From Candidatus Heimdallarchaeota archaeon (GTDB taxonomy: Archaea; Asgardarchaeota; Heimdallarchaeia; Hodarchaeales; Hodarchaeaceae), in the NCBI GenBank assembly GCA_048881705.1, contig JBHLSH010000001.1, forward strand, positions 96,001 to 160,000: a stretch of DNA of 64,000 nt. The letters are read 5' to 3'. Below, piece after piece: positions 7,856-18,038 of this stretch. Numbering within the stretch: the first letter of the stretch is position 1; the number at the start of each line of letters is the position of its first letter. A program made the translations under genes and the position numbers. Below the pieces are notes generated by a model. That model did not search any database, had not been told where the DNA came from, and saw nothing but the letters and a program-made list of their open reading frames with translations.

Positions 7856-8729
7856 GATTGAAATCCTTCTTTCAGACGGATATATCACGGGATCAAGGAT
7901 GCAGACTAAAGACAACCTCGAATATAAGTTAGGTTCAACAGATTACGGAAGAATCTGATTCCTAACAGCCGAAATAATGCCGTCACACTTACTGATTCCC
8001 ATTTTCTCTTATTCCATCTTAAAACCTTTTGCTTTTAAGTAGCAAGAGATACTTCTTTGAAACCTCAATTGGGCCGTAGCGGTTTTAGTTTGTTCGCACA
8101 TCAAGCTAAATCAAGGAAATCACCAGAGATGACTGAAAATCCTAGGGAAGGATATTGAATCAATAATGTATATACAAAAACAATTGGTACAAACCTGAAG
8201 TCATATAGATATTATTTATTCAACAAAAATGGTACGAGAGGCCTCTGTGAAACCATTATATCGGATATTGTTAAAATCCAGATTTTTAATGCTGATTTCT
8301 AATATATCAGTATAAACTGAGCCAAAAAAATCTAATAGACAATTGGCCCTCGTGACATGCTTATTAAGTGCCTCTAGATATAATTAGAATCCAAGAATTT
8401 ATGTAAAAACGAAAACTGACGAAACTGTTCAATCAAAGAAACCAATCGGGTGTTTATAAGTACCTACTCAGCAAAAAGAACTAGTTGCCCGTCACCCCAT
8501 AAAAGCAGGCTTATCGTCATCGAAAATGATGACCACAGTTAGGTTAAAACGTAGTCAAACATTATTTTCACCGTTTGAATAATTTCATGCCATTTCTCAC
8601 ATTTTAACCAAGAATTGGATATACTCTCAATCAGAATACAACATATGAATATCGAGTGCGATCTTCCGGAATAGGTGAGTATTTAAGGAACAAGAAAATA
8701 AACGTAAATGCCTCAAGGAGGAAATTTGA

Positions 8730-9188
8730 GTGTCGAGTGACGATGAAAATCCCGAGGGCGAAAAGGTTCAAAGGACCTTAGAGCAGATACTGACTATTGT
8801 GAAAGCCCTTAAGGATGATCTAAATTTATTAGAGCATAGGATATCAAGTATAGAAGAACAAATCCTACCAGATCCATCAAAAAAACTAACCTATCAAGTT
8901 GTGGAGATACCTGGACTTTCTTCAAGTCAAAGCCAAAAAAATCCAGGAGACCTCATATTGAATTTTGAAGGACTTGAAGAACATTTAAAAGAAACTTATC
9001 AGACACTAGTCGACTCTAATCAGGCAATGACGGCCAATCAGTTGGCGAATCTACGGGGGAGAAAGCGGAGTACAATCAGTGATCATTTAAACCAGTTATT
9101 TAAGAGAGACTTGGTCGAAAAATCTCGGCAGGCTAAGGAAGTTCTCTATACTCCAAAAGAATTGAAAGATCTTTACAAGCATGAATGA
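8730..9188 (+). CDS. Coiled-coil plus winged-helix (ArsR/MarR-like) regulator
   Basis: N-terminal heptads LTIVKALKDDLNLLEHRISSIEEQI; C-terminal MTANQLANLRGRKRSTISDHLNQL...LVEKSRQAKEVLY. Confidence 0.75.
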   Translation: MSSDDENPEGEKVQRTLEQILTIVKALKDDLNLLEHRISSIEEQILPDPSKKLTYQVVEIPGLSSSQSQKNPGDLILNFEGLEEHLKETYQTLVDSNQAMTANQLANLRGRKRSTISDHLNQLFKRDLVEKSRQAKEVLYTPKELKDLYKHE

Positions 9189-9251
9189 TTCTAACTAAAT
9201 CAATTATTTTTGTTGGAATAGAGGGAAGAAGAGGAATGATGTGTCGAACGT

Positions 9252-9791
9252 TTATTCGGAAGTATACTTCAATATGGCCTTTCCCAATTCTTCAAAGGCC
9301 GCCTGAACACCCTCTCCCGACTTTGCGGAAGTTTCGATCAAAGGAACATCTAAACGATCCGCAAAGGCTTGACCTTCCTCAGTGGATGTAGCTTCTGCAC
9401 CCTCTTCATCACGGAGATCGATCTTATTCCCGAGGAGAACCACGGGGACTTTTCGCTCACGTCCAGAATTCGTCCAGAGGTCATTCAACCAGTTTTCGCT
9501 ATTCTTGAACGTGTGACGTCTGGTAACATCGTAAACTAAAACTCCTCCGAAAATCTTGGTATAATAGGCCTTCACGACATCAGCAAAGACCGGTTGACCT
9601 GCTAGGTCCCAAATTTGCCAACGAATTTCTGTAGCCCCGACTGTCGTATCATAGAGCGCAAAATCGGCGCCCATCGTCGAGAGGTAATCGGATTCGAAGC
9701 CTTCTCCTAAATAGCGTTTTCGGAGTGAGGTTTTACCAACTGCTCCGTCTCCTACAAGCACTATTTTCCATAATCGTCTATCATCGCTCAT
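9252..9791 (-). CDS. Rab-like small GTPase
   Basis: G1 GDGAVGKT, G2 YLSTMGADF, G3 WDLAGQ, LVYDVT, G4 NKID, G5 ETSAK. No C-terminal cysteine. Confidence 0.95.
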   Translation of the reverse strand: MSDDRRLWKIVLVGDGAVGKTSLRKRYLGEGFESDYLSTMGADFALYDTTVGATEIRWQIWDLAGQPVFADVVKAYYTKIFGGVLVYDVTRRHTFKNSENWLNDLWTNSGRERKVPVVLLGNKIDLRDEEGAEATSTEEGQAFADRLDVPLIETSAKSGEGVQAAFEELGKAILKYTSE

Positions 9792-10113
9792 TTCTTTATA
9801 CCTGCCTATTTATTCTTTTAATTGTCATACCGATACTCAGGAACGAATCCTAGGGAAAATTGACAAGGCGTCACCAAAAGTACGTTCCACTTAACTGCAC
9901 ACCGTATATCAAAGAGGGGTGACTTTCAGGAGTTTTTTTCTTCGTAAATGACGGAAAGTCCAAGTAGAGGTTGTTTTCCTTTCATTTTGGGCTTTATAGC
10001 AAATTATCTAGTAGATTTATAATATTTTGCAGATTGGGTGTAAATTCTTAGAATTGAGGCCTAGGGACGGAATGCATGGCTCTTTGGCTTTGGCTGATCA
10101 TATTTCTAGCTTT

Positions 10114-11829
10114 TTAAGACTGAGTTGGCGAGATTCGTTTCACGTACCCAAGTTTTCGTAACGCTTCTAAAGATTGATGTTCAAATTCTTGTTCTCTCTT
10201 CGTTATTTTAGCTGCAGTCTCTGGAGAAAGAACATCGGAAATGAAAAGCGCTCGGGCAGTAGGTCGCAATTCCTCAGGAAGATCGAGTATCCCCAATGCA
10301 TCAAATCGCTGGATTTGAACATAACGAGGGGGGAGTGTACAATCACACAAAGATTTGCCGGTTTCTTCTTCCAATTTTTTTGCCAAAGAACGGGGATTGA
10401 TGTTTAGATCTAAGAGAAATTTATGACGAGAATTGTGGGGGGTAGTGAACTCGTATAATAGGAGTTCCTTTGTTTTAGGATCAGAAATGTTCTCTTGTGC
10501 ATATTGACGAAAAATTTCCTCTGGATTTTCGTTTAATCGATTTGTCTCCGTGGCGTATGCTAACAATATTTGGCGTAAATCGTCTCTTACCGTATCTATA
10601 TCGAAAATGTATGGTTTAAAGACCTTTTTCACCAGTTCTTTTGCCAGAGCAAACCCTCCAATTCGGCCCGTCTTAGAGAAGTCGTTTATTGCACTTTCAA
10701 ATTGATCCTCAAACTGGTAAACAAATTGGCTTAGGAGATTACTTAAAGTCTCTGTTTCAACTGGACTGTAAAGGATTCCGACCACGCGATTTCCTTTCCT
10801 CAAAATAATCTTGGTACTGCCATTATCGATGCTTCGTAAATCCCATTCACCACGACGCCCCGCAGTTTCTGATACCATAAGTGCAATGCTATTCAAGGCG
10901 GCCGTAATTAGTGCAGGTTGCTTCATTTCATCTGCAGGTTTTCCAAAGAAGTAATAAAACATAGATTCTCCTGATCTGCGATCTGTAACAAATATTGCGT
11001 TGGGAGGTGCTTCTGTTTGATCTTCCAAGGAGACCGGCTCAAATCGTTCAGTTTCAGCAAAATTATGGAACAGCCTAGCAAAGTCATGAAAAATGGAATT
11101 AATGGGGGAGTGGGGGTTTTCAATGCTAAAAATCCCATCATCCGAGAATAGATTGAGATCGGGTAGCCAAGGAATATAATAAAATATAGGATGTCGAAGT
11201 TTTCCCCTCAATTCCTCTATCTTCTGCTCATACTGTCCTAAAACAACGGGAGGTTTGGCCATATTTACAATAAGGAAAGTAGGGACCGTCAAAAACGCTA
11301 AAAAGTTCTGAATGGTTGATCGGGTCATTTTCAGTGTAGGACTTTTTTCTGTAGAGATAATCCACACCACATCACTCTGAAGAATGGTGGCCATGGTGAT
11401 ACTGCTTTCTTCCAGGTCTACTGGGACAATAAATACAAGTATATCGATTGTATCTTTGAAAAACAAAGCGTTGATCCGGTATTTCACCTGTTCAAGAAGT
11501 GATTTTGATGGAGGTGGGCATCCGGAAGATGGAAGAACACGGACGAAAGTATCCCTGTCGGGATCTTCACTTACAACGAGGGCCTCTCTTACCAAGGTAT
11601 CTTCTGGGATCTCAGAAAGAAAATCACTGCTAGTAAATGGTGATTTCCCATAACTCTGTAGACTATATTGAAGTTCCTCCGTAGTAGAAAAATCGACAAT
11701 AAGAACCCTAAGACCGGGTTTCAGCTTAGCATAAGCCAAGAATGTGTTTATGGCGATTGTTTTTTTCCCAGACCTGGGAGTTCGGGAATAAACCGTGATT
11801 ACTCGTGGAGGAGACATTTTCTTATCCAT
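10114..11829 (-). CDS. Degenerate MinD/ParA-like ATPase domain fused to a longin-like domain and a C-terminal helical/winged-helix region
   Basis: VITVYSRTPRSGKKTIAIN...RVLIVDFS (MinD-like fold, altered Walker A). Then NAIFVTDRRSGESMFYY...LITAALNSIALMVSE...LRSIDNGSTKIILRKG (longin pattern). ATG at 11829 chosen. Confidence 0.7.
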   Translation of the reverse strand: MDKKMSPPRVITVYSRTPRSGKKTIAINTFLAYAKLKPGLRVLIVDFSTTEELQYSLQSYGKSPFTSSDFLSEIPEDTLVREALVVSEDPDRDTFVRVLPSSGCPPPSKSLLEQVKYRINALFFKDTIDILVFIVPVDLEESSITMATILQSDVVWIISTEKSPTLKMTRSTIQNFLAFLTVPTFLIVNMAKPPVVLGQYEQKIEELRGKLRHPIFYYIPWLPDLNLFSDDGIFSIENPHSPINSIFHDFARLFHNFAETERFEPVSLEDQTEAPPNAIFVTDRRSGESMFYYFFGKPADEMKQPALITAALNSIALMVSETAGRRGEWDLRSIDNGSTKIILRKGNRVVGILYSPVETETLSNLLSQFVYQFEDQFESAINDFSKTGRIGGFALAKELVKKVFKPYIFDIDTVRDDLRQILLAYATETNRLNENPEEIFRQYAQENISDPKTKELLLYEFTTPHNSRHKFLLDLNINPRSLAKKLEEETGKSLCDCTLPPRYVQIQRFDALGILDLPEELRPTARALFISDVLSPETAAKITKREQEFEHQSLEALRKLGYVKRISPTQS

Positions 11830-12335
11830 TGATCTGATTATATTCCGATTGAAGGATTGTCTTTGGATTTCAAAGAAACCTTCTATTTGAATTGCGGATA
11901 AATATTGCATCGTCCCGTTTAACTTCTAAGAATAATGCAAAAGGCATTCAGATTTTGTTCAGAAGCTCATCGGGTGCAATTCGATTTGACCTAAACCATA
12001 TGCCGAATAGGAATCGAGGTTGGGCGAGGTTCTAGCCTATCTTTTTTGTTTAGGAATTGGTTGAATTCATAAATGTATTGAAACTCCCTCTAAATAATGT
12101 CACCTAATTGGGCAAAGTTCTTTCACAATTATTCCAGATTCTATTACAACTAGCAGATTACAATATTTAATGGGTAGACTCCATAATTTAGGCGTCAATA
12201 GGCAAGGCTATATTCTTTCTTCCTAATATCGGATATGGCCTTTTCGAGTAGGTTCACTAAATAAGATCCGCTGACAACCTTATAGCTGCCCCTTTATGGG
12301 ACTTAAGGCGATTATCACGCAATGGTCGGATTCAA

Positions 12336-13139
12336 ATGACGGAGACTCAAGATCAACTCCCTGCTATCCAACTGTCCTTAGACGAGGTAGGAATCACCGA
12401 TTTTCAGACACAAATCTCGATTACGAGGGGAACCAAAGTGTATCACTACACTGTCACTGCCAGTGTGGTCATTGATCTTCCCCCTCACCGTAAGGGTGCG
12501 CATATGTCACGCATTGTCGAAAGCATCTCTGAAATTTTAGCGAGTGAGACTCAAACATACTATTCTTTGGAAAAAATGTCTGTACAAGTACTTGAAAGAT
12601 TAAACAAACGACATCCGTTTGAAAATGGATCAGTCCGTCTTGAATTTGTTTTCTTCTCCACTCGTATAACACCCGTTTCAAAACTAGAATCCATTGAGCA
12701 TTATAACGCTACTTTGACAACTTGGTGGGATCAGGGTAATATATGGCATGAATTGACCCTTGGAACCTATGGAAGTACTCTCTGTCCACATGCTTTATCC
12801 CAGAGTACAACCCACCACACGCATATTCAACGGGCGTATGCTGAAGTTCAACTACGAGGTAAGACAAGTGATATTCCAGATATGGAAGATCTATCAAAAC
12901 TATTGGACCAAAGCTTTTCAGCACCCACCTTTTCCCTCCTTAAGGCAGAAGATGAACAATGGGTGGTGAATAAGATGTGGAAAAACCCCCTTTTTGTCGA
13001 GGATGTTACTCGTAACCTGTTGGAACTTGTTTCTACCCAATTTGCAGATAGAGCCCTAGAAATTAGAGCAAAAACCATCTCACAGGAATCAATTCATAAA
13101 CATAACGTTCTATCAAAAGGCAGCTGTAAAACCAAGTAG
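12336..13139 (+). CDS. mptA: GTP cyclohydrolase, MptA/FolE2 family
   Basis: KGAHMSR, TLCPH, HTHIQR, LLKAEDEQWVV...NPLFVEDVTR and SQESIHKHN motifs. Confidence 0.9.
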   Translation: MTETQDQLPAIQLSLDEVGITDFQTQISITRGTKVYHYTVTASVVIDLPPHRKGAHMSRIVESISEILASETQTYYSLEKMSVQVLERLNKRHPFENGSVRLEFVFFSTRITPVSKLESIEHYNATLTTWWDQGNIWHELTLGTYGSTLCPHALSQSTTHHTHIQRAYAEVQLRGKTSDIPDMEDLSKLLDQSFSAPTFSLLKAEDEQWVVNKMWKNPLFVEDVTRNLLELVSTQFADRALEIRAKTISQESIHKHNVLSKGSCKTK

Positions 13140-13166
13140 TGCCCGAGGATGTTCATTCCTATGGAA

Positions 13167-14525
13167 TTAACGGCCTGAGTCTTTCTTCCTGCCAAATACG
13201 GTATCACGAAATTTCCTAGCAGCAGATAGTAACCCAATTTCCTCGACTGCCTTCCTTCCCACACTTACAGCTATATCTGTTTTAGAGATCTCTCCTGACT
13301 TGACTTTCTCCATGTAGCTCACAAGATCCTCGTAGGGTGGTAAAAAGTCAAAACGATAAATTTCGGCTTCCCAATAACCTTTTCCACGTTGGACCTTGTA
13401 GATAAGAATCACGATAACGAGGATAAATACCATGCTAGCCATTGTTAGGTCGTGATAGATTTCAGAAAAGCTAGCGAGACCTCCGAAAAGTTGGGTCCAT
13501 GCAGTTGCCATTCCACTCAAAACCTGAAGCTGGACAAGTTGAAATCCGAGGGCTAATCCCAAATAGATTAAGACGACACCTTCACCCCCTACGAATCCAA
13601 TGAAACGCCCAATACGGAATGGATCCTCGGTTTTCGGATCCGTTGTCTCACTCCCTTTCATTTTGATTCGTCTAGATATATTCTGGGCACTATAAACCAA
13701 GGAAAAAATTACCATGAAATAATCGAAACTGGTTACAATGTTTTCTGATCCACTAACGGAGGTAAGAAAGATCATGATTTGATTAGGTAAGTTCACCAGG
13801 AAAAAGAATCCGAGGGATGTATTAAAAACATCGTCCCCAGTAATAAATCCTCGGACGACCAGGATAACTAAAACTGCTAATCCAGCTCCAATAATTCCCA
13901 AACCGATGTAACTAAGCCGCGCTTGCTCAATACCAATCCCTATCATAATTATATTCCAAAAGATAGAAAAAACCGCCACAAGAGTCATTATTCCAGAAAA
14001 AATGGATTTACGATCTGAACTTGGTTTACCAAGGAATAGGATGCTGCCAGTAACTTTATTGGCAAATAAGCCCTTCGCAAATGCAAAGGATGCCAATGGA
14101 ATTAGAAGGGTCCAACTGAAAAAGGTTATCAACGGAATGAATTGTAGGAATGCATCTGAAATTGGCTGCAGCTCATTCATCTGTTCTGTCAAGAAAAAAA
14201 GGGCCTGCACAATAATTACGACGATGATTAACATACCGAATCTGATAGAGGTACTAAGTTTCTTTGAGAACAATCCTGCCAGAAGAAACCCGATAACGAT
14301 ACTAATCTGAAAAGAAACAATGAATTCTAGCACTTCAGGGGTTAAAATTGTCGAAGCTTGGTCTTGGAACACAATAACTCCCGTGGTAATCAGGGAAGTG
14401 ATGAACAGTACAATTGAAAATAAAATTAGCCTACGTGATAGGAGAATGCGGATTCCACCGAAGATTGTTGATTTTAAATAGTCCCAAAAGGCTTTTTCTA
14501 CATAGCTCACACTTTTTGCCTCCAA
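13167..14525 (-). CDS. Uncharacterised multi-pass membrane protein (about 10 TM)
   Basis: 452-aa ORF with about ten hydrophobic segments; no family recognised. Confidence 0.75.
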   Translation of the reverse strand: MEAKSVSYVEKAFWDYLKSTIFGGIRILLSRRLILFSIVLFITSLITTGVIVFQDQASTILTPEVLEFIVSFQISIVIGFLLAGLFSKKLSTSIRFGMLIIVVIIVQALFFLTEQMNELQPISDAFLQFIPLITFFSWTLLIPLASFAFAKGLFANKVTGSILFLGKPSSDRKSIFSGIMTLVAVFSIFWNIIMIGIGIEQARLSYIGLGIIGAGLAVLVILVVRGFITGDDVFNTSLGFFFLVNLPNQIMIFLTSVSGSENIVTSFDYFMVIFSLVYSAQNISRRIKMKGSETTDPKTEDPFRIGRFIGFVGGEGVVLIYLGLALGFQLVQLQVLSGMATAWTQLFGGLASFSEIYHDLTMASMVFILVIVILIYKVQRGKGYWEAEIYRFDFLPPYEDLVSYMEKVKSGEISKTDIAVSVGRKAVEEIGLLSAARKFRDTVFGRKKDSGR

Positions 14526-14663
14526 TTGAACAGGATTGTTGTACCTATCGTGATGGCATTATCATTTCGGAATGCCCATAAACGTTTAGGCGGGGAGTTT
14601 TTAAGCATTAAAAACATCTTGGAGGAGGAAGAAGAACAGATGAATATGTAAAAGAGGAGAACA

Positions 14664-14990
14664 ATGCAGCTGAAAGAGTTATCTGAGCTAGTAAATCAGT
14701 TCATTATGCGTCAAGGAGGCTATTGGAATCTTCCATGGATGTTGGCAGCCCTAACTGAAGAATTAGGTGAACTTTCGCGAGCCGCTCAAGTTTACGGAGA
14801 CCTGCGAGTACCTCCCGACCCCCGTGCATATCAAAAAAAGCGGCATACAAAGGACGCTCTCCTGGAAATGGCAGAAGAATGTGGAGACCTTTTATTTGCA
14901 CTATTGTGTCTCACGAATTCACTTGGGATTAATTTGGAGGCCGAGCTCCTTAAATCGCTAGAAAAATATTCCACCCGTGCTGATTCATAA
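14664..14990 (+). CDS. MazG-like nucleotide pyrophosphohydrolase
   Basis: LTEELGELSR...EECGDLLFALLCLTNSLGINLE motif. Confidence 0.9.
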   Translation: MQLKELSELVNQFIMRQGGYWNLPWMLAALTEELGELSRAAQVYGDLRVPPDPRAYQKKRHTKDALLEMAEECGDLLFALLCLTNSLGINLEAELLKSLEKYSTRADS

Positions 14991-15122
14991 GATACTAAAA
15001 AGCCGTACAATTACCTTCAACAGAAAAGGGAACCCGTGGTCAGGAGAGAAGATCTGCCGAAATCTTTATTATTTTATACAAGAACTCAGAGTCTATCATC
15101 GACAACTTGGAAGGATGAAAAA

Positions 15123-16550
15123 ATGGCAAGCGCAATCAAAATAGTTGCTGGACTATTCATATTGATCATTGGCCTCCCGATCGTTCTTGCGGGAAGTGCA
15201 ATCCTATTAATTGTCCCCATCTTTACTGATAGTCAAGGTTACTTTATGACTTCATCAATAAACGTTGGTCCATTTGACGGATATGCCGCTGTTCGTTACG
15301 ATATACCGTTAGATGATATTCAAATAGGAGTTGGTGTTGATCCATCAAACTTTATCACACTAAAAATGAATGCTCGTGATGCCAGTGGTAATGATGTCTT
15401 GGCTGGAATACTGCTCGCATCTGAAGCTGATGAGCTACTGGCAAGCGTAAATTACATTCAAATTACGAATCTAAGATTTCTTGAAGATTTTGAGTTTGGC
15501 TCGAGACCGACCACCACAATAGAGATGAATACAGTATCTAATGCTACTACTTGGGCTGCTCCTGACCCCAATTCAGTTAATTGGTTATTACGAGATACAG
15601 ATCAGACTTTTGAGTGGGCTCCCACGCTGGAAGCTCTTTCAGGCGGTTCACTTGCAGTAGTTCTTATGCACGCCAATTATAATACCTTCGATAGCCAATT
15701 AGCTAGTCATGTGCAGATTTCGTTCAGTGTTGGCGCCAGAGTACCTATTGTTGGAGCCATAGGATGGATCTTGGTGATAGTAGGTGGGCTATTCACATTA
15801 CTTGCGGTCATAGTTCTATGGAGTGGAATCCGCAGCAAGAAAGCTCACCCTCAACGGGTTCGCTACTACTACGGAGCCCCTACACAGAGGGTAGACCCGA
15901 TAGCTAGGACGGAACCAAAGTATCAACTTCAATGTAGCAATTGTGGATCGCTAAACGAGCCTGATAGTGCCTTTTGTTCCCAATGCGGTGAAATTTTACT
16001 CTCAGAGGATCGGACAACTGTAGACAAAATGGTCACAGAAAAGAAACTTGAAGTATTTGAACCTACGGGTGAGAAGCTCGTTGTAGCCGATGGATGGTCT
16101 CGATTTTGGTCCTGGCTAATCGATCTCTTGATAGTTGGTGCGATCGCAAATACCTTGACCTTTCTTTTCTTCTTCGGAATTAGGGATTGGTCCTTATGGT
16201 CTTCTGGTCCCCTTTTCGTCTCTTTTACCCCAACATCAGTATTCATGTTTCTGTATTTTTTGTTTATGGAAACTTACTACGGTCAGACCCTCGGTAAAAT
16301 GATACTAAAATTAGAAGTGGTTGCTGAAGAAACAGGTCAACGGCCGACTCCTGGTCAAATCGCTTTATCTGCGTTAGGAAAAGCCTTCTTTTTGCCCATA
16401 GATGTTATTCTGGGTTGGTTTGTCAAGGATAAGGATCAAATTCCGGATCTTGAGCAAAGAGCCACTCAAAAGTGGGCACGTGTGGTAGTAGTTCGTCAAC
16501 AACAGCAAAAGGATGCAAAAGTTCGATTTATCTCCAGTAGAGTCGGGTAA
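15123..16550 (+). CDS. Membrane protein: extracellular domain, zinc ribbon, and RDD domain
   Basis: TM helix then DSQGYFMT; second TM; CSNC...CSQC ribbon; RDD signature SRFWSWLIDLLI...YGQTLGKMILKLEVV. ATG at 15123 chosen. Confidence 0.8.
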   Translation: MASAIKIVAGLFILIIGLPIVLAGSAILLIVPIFTDSQGYFMTSSINVGPFDGYAAVRYDIPLDDIQIGVGVDPSNFITLKMNARDASGNDVLAGILLASEADELLASVNYIQITNLRFLEDFEFGSRPTTTIEMNTVSNATTWAAPDPNSVNWLLRDTDQTFEWAPTLEALSGGSLAVVLMHANYNTFDSQLASHVQISFSVGARVPIVGAIGWILVIVGGLFTLLAVIVLWSGIRSKKAHPQRVRYYYGAPTQRVDPIARTEPKYQLQCSNCGSLNEPDSAFCSQCGEILLSEDRTTVDKMVTEKKLEVFEPTGEKLVVADGWSRFWSWLIDLLIVGAIANTLTFLFFFGIRDWSLWSSGPLFVSFTPTSVFMFLYFLFMETYYGQTLGKMILKLEVVAEETGQRPTPGQIALSALGKAFFLPIDVILGWFVKDKDQIPDLEQRATQKWARVVVVRQQQQKDAKVRFISSRVG

Positions 16551-16578
16551 CCTGATTCTACTTCCCTTTTTCCTTTTT

Positions 16579-17067
16579 TTAACGGCTTTTGGGCTGGGAA
16601 TCTTTTAGGTGCTTTTTTTGGTTCATAAGAAATTCATGAGACTCGTTTAGGACACGCAAGTACCCATCAAACTTCAGCAGGGCTTGGGCCTCGTCATAGG
16701 TTGCCCAGTGTAAATCTGAATGTTCCGCAGAGAGTACAACTTTTTTAGAACTGAAGTGGACAAGAAAAAAGACCACTTTCTTAACGATAGTCTTCTTTCC
16801 ACGTTGAGGAAAGTAAATGGAATCACTGATGAGCCGTTTGACAATTTGGAATTGCGATTGTCCAGTCTCTTCCCGAATTTCCCGGATTGCTGTCTGTTCG
16901 TAAGATTCCCCTTCGATTTGGCGTCCTTTAGGGAAAGCCCAATAGGGATATGGACCATTATGTAAAACCAATAAGTATAACGGTTCTTCATCCTTTTTAA
17001 GATAAAAAGGAACCCCTCCACAAGAAATTTCATCAAACGCAGACGAGGAATCCGCTATGGTAGTCAT
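16579..17067 (-). CDS. Nudix hydrolase (Ap4A hydrolase-like)
   Basis: Nudix box WAFPKGRQIEGESYEQTAIREIREETG; LSAEHSDLHW. Confidence 0.92.
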   Translation of the reverse strand: MTTIADSSSAFDEISCGGVPFYLKKDEEPLYLLVLHNGPYPYWAFPKGRQIEGESYEQTAIREIREETGQSQFQIVKRLISDSIYFPQRGKKTIVKKVVFFLVHFSSKKVVLSAEHSDLHWATYDEAQALLKFDGYLRVLNESHEFLMNQKKHLKDSQPKSR

Positions 17068-17078
17068 ATTAAACCCAA

Positions 17079-18038
17079 GTGTTTAGGATCCGAGTATATT
17101 TAAAAAGCGAACCAAGTAACACGGACTTACAAGGAGGTCTTATTGTGGAGACAAGCGATCCCAAAAGATACCGAATTATCGTGAAAAAGGAAAATCCGGA
17201 CACTGATATATATAATGAGGAAGGGATGTTATACTTCCAGAAGAAGGATCTGTTATTTAGTCCTAGTTCTATGGATCCCTTGAAAGAACGTGTGTATCAA
17301 TTTGGGGACTTGATCGATGTTCAAATTGGTTCCGTTCGTGACGGACTGAGACGAAAGAAGGTTGCTGTGCTTCAATTCGCCAAGAAAAGTGCAAGGGTAG
17401 CCGTATATCTTGAACCAATTGATATAACACCCGAATACCTCCTCCAAGAAATAAAACAGCATCAGGACGATATTAGTAAAGGTTCTTTACCGGGGATTGT
17501 AGGTACACTAATAGAAAAAATAGGAAAGGAAGGCCAAAAGATTGTACGAGAAGTAGGGGCCGTACTAGAATCAACGTCTCGGGAACTAACGCAACTTACC
17601 CAGGCAACGGCGCAATTCATCAAGGAGTCAACTCAAGCGGCAAATCTTTTGGATAGTGAATCGGAATGGAGCGGTACAGATACCAGTAACCTTGATCTTT
17701 CGGAAATTGATGAGATTCTAAAACGATCTTTATCATCGGGCAAACTTGATGCCATAATATCGGGGCTCATGGCCAAGGCATTACTATCCGCCAAAGATCA
17801 GCGGTATAAAGAGGCTCGAGATGCCCTTAAGATTGCACGGGACGCCGCCGAGAGCGCTAAATTAAATGAATACACAGAGCTAGTCGAGGAGAACTTGAAA
17901 GAGGTCGACTCAGCTGAAGCCACTGAGAAGTTTAATCCGCATTTGGATAAAAAAGCTCTGAAATACGCTAGTGAGGCTCGTGAAATTGTGGCAGATTGGG
18001 AATCAACAGCGGAAAAGACTGAAAAAGATCCCATATAG
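17079..18038 (+). CDS. Hypothetical protein (beta-rich N-terminus, helical C-terminus)
   Basis: 319-aa ORF filling the space between two genes; no family recognised. Confidence 0.7.
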   Translation: MFRIRVYLKSEPSNTDLQGGLIVETSDPKRYRIIVKKENPDTDIYNEEGMLYFQKKDLLFSPSSMDPLKERVYQFGDLIDVQIGSVRDGLRRKKVAVLQFAKKSARVAVYLEPIDITPEYLLQEIKQHQDDISKGSLPGIVGTLIEKIGKEGQKIVREVGAVLESTSRELTQLTQATAQFIKESTQAANLLDSESEWSGTDTSNLDLSEIDEILKRSLSSGKLDAIISGLMAKALLSAKDQRYKEARDALKIARDAAESAKLNEYTELVEENLKEVDSAEATEKFNPHLDKKALKYASEAREIVADWESTAEKTEKDPI

